From: Octopus sinensis | Taxonomy: Eukaryota | Reading direction: 5' to 3' | DNA length: 64,000 nucleotides | Assembly: GCF_006345805.1 (NCBI RefSeq) | Contig: NC_043016.1 | Coordinates: 8,928,001 to 8,992,000, forward strand | In this document: in pieces, positions 60,635-64,000 of the stretch | Layout of the letters: every line of letters begins with the position of its first letter | Numbering within the stretch: position 1 is the first letter of the stretch | Notes under the pieces: generated by a model | Database searches by the model: none | Seen by the model: only the letters and a program-made list of their open reading frames with translations | Told to the model about the DNA's origin: nothing | Made by a program: the position numbers and the translations under genes

Positions 60635-61219
60635 TGCTTCATAATATCCCATCCTAGTCCAGAAAAACCGTATTTCCTTTAATTGAATATAAAAATTCTT
60701 GGACAATATCTGCATGTAGCAGTAGTTCTATGAATGTCTCCATCCTTTCGGAGTCGATAATATATTTTGCCAATCTTTGGGAGCATATATTATTTTCAGC
60801 AGATTGCGGTCATACTGGGGCACACCCTTGAAGAATTTTAATCGAGCGTATCGACCCAGTAATTTTTTTTTTTTTTTTGGAATCGATGTAATTGTCCAGT
60901 ACCTCCCACAACATTTTTGGCCTTGCCTCTTTAGTATAAAAAAAAAAAAACAATTGCTAAAATACATTCTGGTATTTCGTCTGATTTCACAGGTGGTTTT
61001 AGTTAATTAGTTGTCCGGTTTAAGATCACTATATAGTCCATGGTTGCCTTTGACGGAGTTCGCTATGTTCCTAGAGGGTACGTGGCATTATGTAGTAGTG
61101 GTATACGACTTAAGTCCATAAGATCACGAGTTCAATACCTATACTAGGCAGTACATTGTACCATTAGTCAAAGCGCCTCATTTCGCGTTACTCCCGTCTG
61201 TCTGTCTGTTTCTCTGGCT

Positions 61220-61252
61220 CTCTCTCTTTCTCTCTCCATCTCTGTCACTGTT

Positions 61253-61342
<90 letters not shown>
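61220..61342. repeat. (TC)n microsatellite
   Basis: Read directly. Confidence 0.95.
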
Positions 61343-61828
61343 GCTCGCTCTTTCCATTTGTCATGTCCTCTCTGGTTCACAGAGTTTGAAGAGTCAAAAC
61401 CGAGAAGATATCTGTCTGTTCGTGAATATAAAAGCATCTAAGACGATTAGCAAAAATATATAGGCTACTCTAATTAATATTGTAATAATAACAAACATAC
61501 ATTTAATTAAAATAGAGTAGCTGAATGGTCGTCAACACACAAAAAAAAAATGACGGCTCTATTTTAAATAAAATCTCTTCACGTTACAAGGGGTACAACT
61601 CTGAAATTTTAAATAATTTCAATCAGGTCACACTGACCCAGTAAAAGCTCCAGTCAAGGGGAAACAACTCTAGAATTTCAATTTGAGAGCGACAAGTCGA
61701 GAGCGACAACTCTTGAATTTTTAAAACCTGATCATAGGAGAGAGGTGACAACTTTACGAAGCCGTTCCCTGTTAAGACATTTTCCGAAACAGAAAGGATT
61801 GCCTTGGTCAACAAATCCTAAATTAAGC

Positions 61829-61995
61829 AAGCATGGTTGTGTAGCTTGCTTGCTTCCCAACCACATGGTTCCGGGTTCAGTCCCACTGCATGCCACCGTG
61901 GGCAAGTATCTTCGGTTATAGCCTCGAGCTGACTAAAGCCTTGTGAGTGGATTTGGTAGACGGAAACTGGAAGAAGCCCGTCGTGTGTGTGTGTA

Positions 61996-62031
<36 letters not shown>

Positions 62032-62352
62032 TGTGTGTGTGTGTGAGTGTGTGTGTGTGTGTGTGTGAGTGTAAGTGTGTATGCGTGTGTGAGTGTGAGT
62101 GTATGCGTGTGTGTGTGTGTGTGTATGCGTGTGTGTGTGTGAGTGTGTGTGTGTGTGTGTATATGCGTGTGTGTGTGTGTGAGTGTATGCGTGTGTATGT
62201 GAGTGTGTATGTGTGTGTGTGTGTGTGCGTGTGTGTGTGTGTATGCGTGCGTGTGAGTGTGTGAGAGTGTATGTGTGTGCGTGCGTTTGTCCCCCACCGC
62301 CGCTTGACAAGCGATATTAGTTTGTTTACATCTCCTTAACTTAGCGGTTTAG
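61829..62352 (+). mobile_element. S2 SINE with ~300-bp internal (TG)/(TGAG) microsatellite
   Basis: Family flanks GAAGCCCGTCG and TTTGTCCCCC bracket the repeat. Confidence 0.85.
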
Positions 62353-63239
62353 CGGTGGTGGTGGTGGTGGTGGTGGTATGGCGGTAGTGGCATTTGTGGC
62401 GGTGTTGGTGGTGGTGGTGGTGGTGGTGGCGGCGGCGCCGGCAAAAAGTGCCTGGATTCTCTCCTCAAAACGTATTCAGTCATTATTATGAGTTTTTATA
62501 AATAAAGGCGCTTGGCTTTTTTTTTTTTTTTTTATATGTAAAAGCGTTTGACCTTGTGGTTAGGCGTATTGCACTGACGATCGTGAAATCGTGGTTTCGA
62601 TTCCCGGACCCGGGTGGTGTGGTGTGTTTTGTTCAAGGGCGAAACACTCCATCTCTCGTTGCTTTGGTGGGTGGCACACCATACACTTATACTGGCAACG
62701 TCGATGCGATAGAAGAAGTGAATAGCACTAATACTTAATGATGATGATGATGATGATAGTGTCGATTAAATAAGTACCAGTTACGCACTAGGGTCGATGT
62801 AATCGACTTGATCCTTTTGTCTGTCCTTGTTTGTCCCCCTGTGGGCAATAAAGAAATAGATATATTTACAAACTTGATATCAGGTTTGGCTCGCCCACAG
62901 CGATAAAGTGTTCTCATATTGTTTGATATCTTTCGTATCATCTGAAGAAAGCGGGGTTTTTTTTTTAAATTATGTTGTAATGTACTCATTAATCTATTAA
63001 AGAAATCTGTTGTAAACAGCTATAATGAAATAGCGACGCATATCCATTGTTTCTTACACACACACACACATATTTGTATACATATATGCATGTGTGTGCG
63101 CGTTTATTGAGTCCGTGTTACATGGACTTTCTCTTGCGACACTCCTCGTTATTGTAAAGCAGCAAACAAGTGATGAGCCAGAAACCTGCAGCCAACAACT
63201 ACAAAATGTATGAAAATAATTTATACATTTACTTTGTAA

Positions 63240-63800
63240 ATAGTTCGAAATATTTTAAAGGTAAAGGGAAATAATCCAAAAACTACGTTTCAAGGGATAC
63301 AATTTGTATATAATCGGTTTCAATTTTTTAAAATCAGGTTTTTTCCTTTTCTTTTTCTTTTCTTCAGTGTTACATTCTAATATAATGGGATCTTTTCGGT
63401 TTGAACGGCGGCAGTTTTTTAAAATAATTTCCACGTAACTAAATACTTTGGATCCTTTCACTTTGACCGGCAGATTTTTAAAATAATTTCTTTGTAACTA
63501 AATACTTTTAAACTTCGTATACTGGTAGAATGTGTTTATAAAACATCTTTTTCTCTTGGCTTTCTTGAGAAAATTCTGTAGTTTGTAACCTATTTGTTGT
63601 TTAATTTCTTGCATTTCGGCAATTTCAACCAATCAATGACGTCTATTGAGGTGAATACAATTTCTGCCGTAGTGTGTCAACAATTATTTGCGGTGTCATA
63701 TGAATTTGTCACTGTTATTTATGATATATTTCATATCAGTTACGTTTGTATGAATAAAAGATTATCGTTAAAAAAATTTTATTAATAAACATATATTCTA
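63240..63800. repeat. Unclassified dispersed repeat with internal ~60-bp duplication
   Basis: CGGCAG..AAAATAATTT..GTAACTAAATACTTT occurs twice (about 63409-63448 and 63469-63509); class not determined. Confidence 0.4.
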
Positions 63801-63928
63801 AGTTCACAACATATGCAGTTTTAATTTCCCTCTCTGCTGCACAGATACACACATTACATATATATTCGTTTAAGAAACAGATTGGGTTTATTTACATTTC
63901 TGAAGAAAACAAGATACCCTTCCCCCAC

Positions 63929-64000
63929 CCCTAACCCTAACCCAACCCTAACTCTAACCTAACCCTAACCCTAACCCAACCCTAACTCTAACCCTAACTC
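63929..64000 (+). repeat. Degenerate telomere-like (CCCTAA)n tract running off the window edge
   Basis: CCCTAA units with CCCAA, CTCTAA and CCTAA variants. Confidence 0.85.

Noticed and set aside
63929-64000. True chromosome end
   Set aside because: Wrong strand polarity for a right-hand telomere and degenerate units.

Overview
Repeat-saturated, AT-rich animal genomic DNA, most likely from an octopus. The species call is inferred from the SINE, MITE and microsatellite repertoire, not from a database match. A 100-N scaffold gap lies at 50749-50848. I recognise no intact host protein-coding gene. Almost every long ORF in the supplied track is either a microsatellite/low-complexity artefact or a decayed transposon. 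The window contains dozens of tRNA-derived SINE copies from at least five families, piggyBac-type and mariner-type MITEs, and remnants of Tigger/pogo, Tc1-mariner, Gypsy (integrase plus 3' LTR; RT/RNaseH), RTE, CR1, Dong/R4, a Tx1/L1-like ORF1 and several Penelope-like elements (PLEs). It also holds a ~3.2 kb (CCCCGTCTCTGTCTCTCTCTCT)n pyrimidine array and a telomere-like (CCCTAA)n tract at the right edge. The most notable signal is nine minimal type-I hammerhead-ribozyme (HHR)-like motifs in about six different repeat families. One has an intact core inside a PLE pseudo-LTR cluster (48844-48937). Another family is a tRNA-headed SINE whose 3' part is an HHR. A second recurring signal is that one SINE family joins both its targets and itself at a GGTA(TT) motif.
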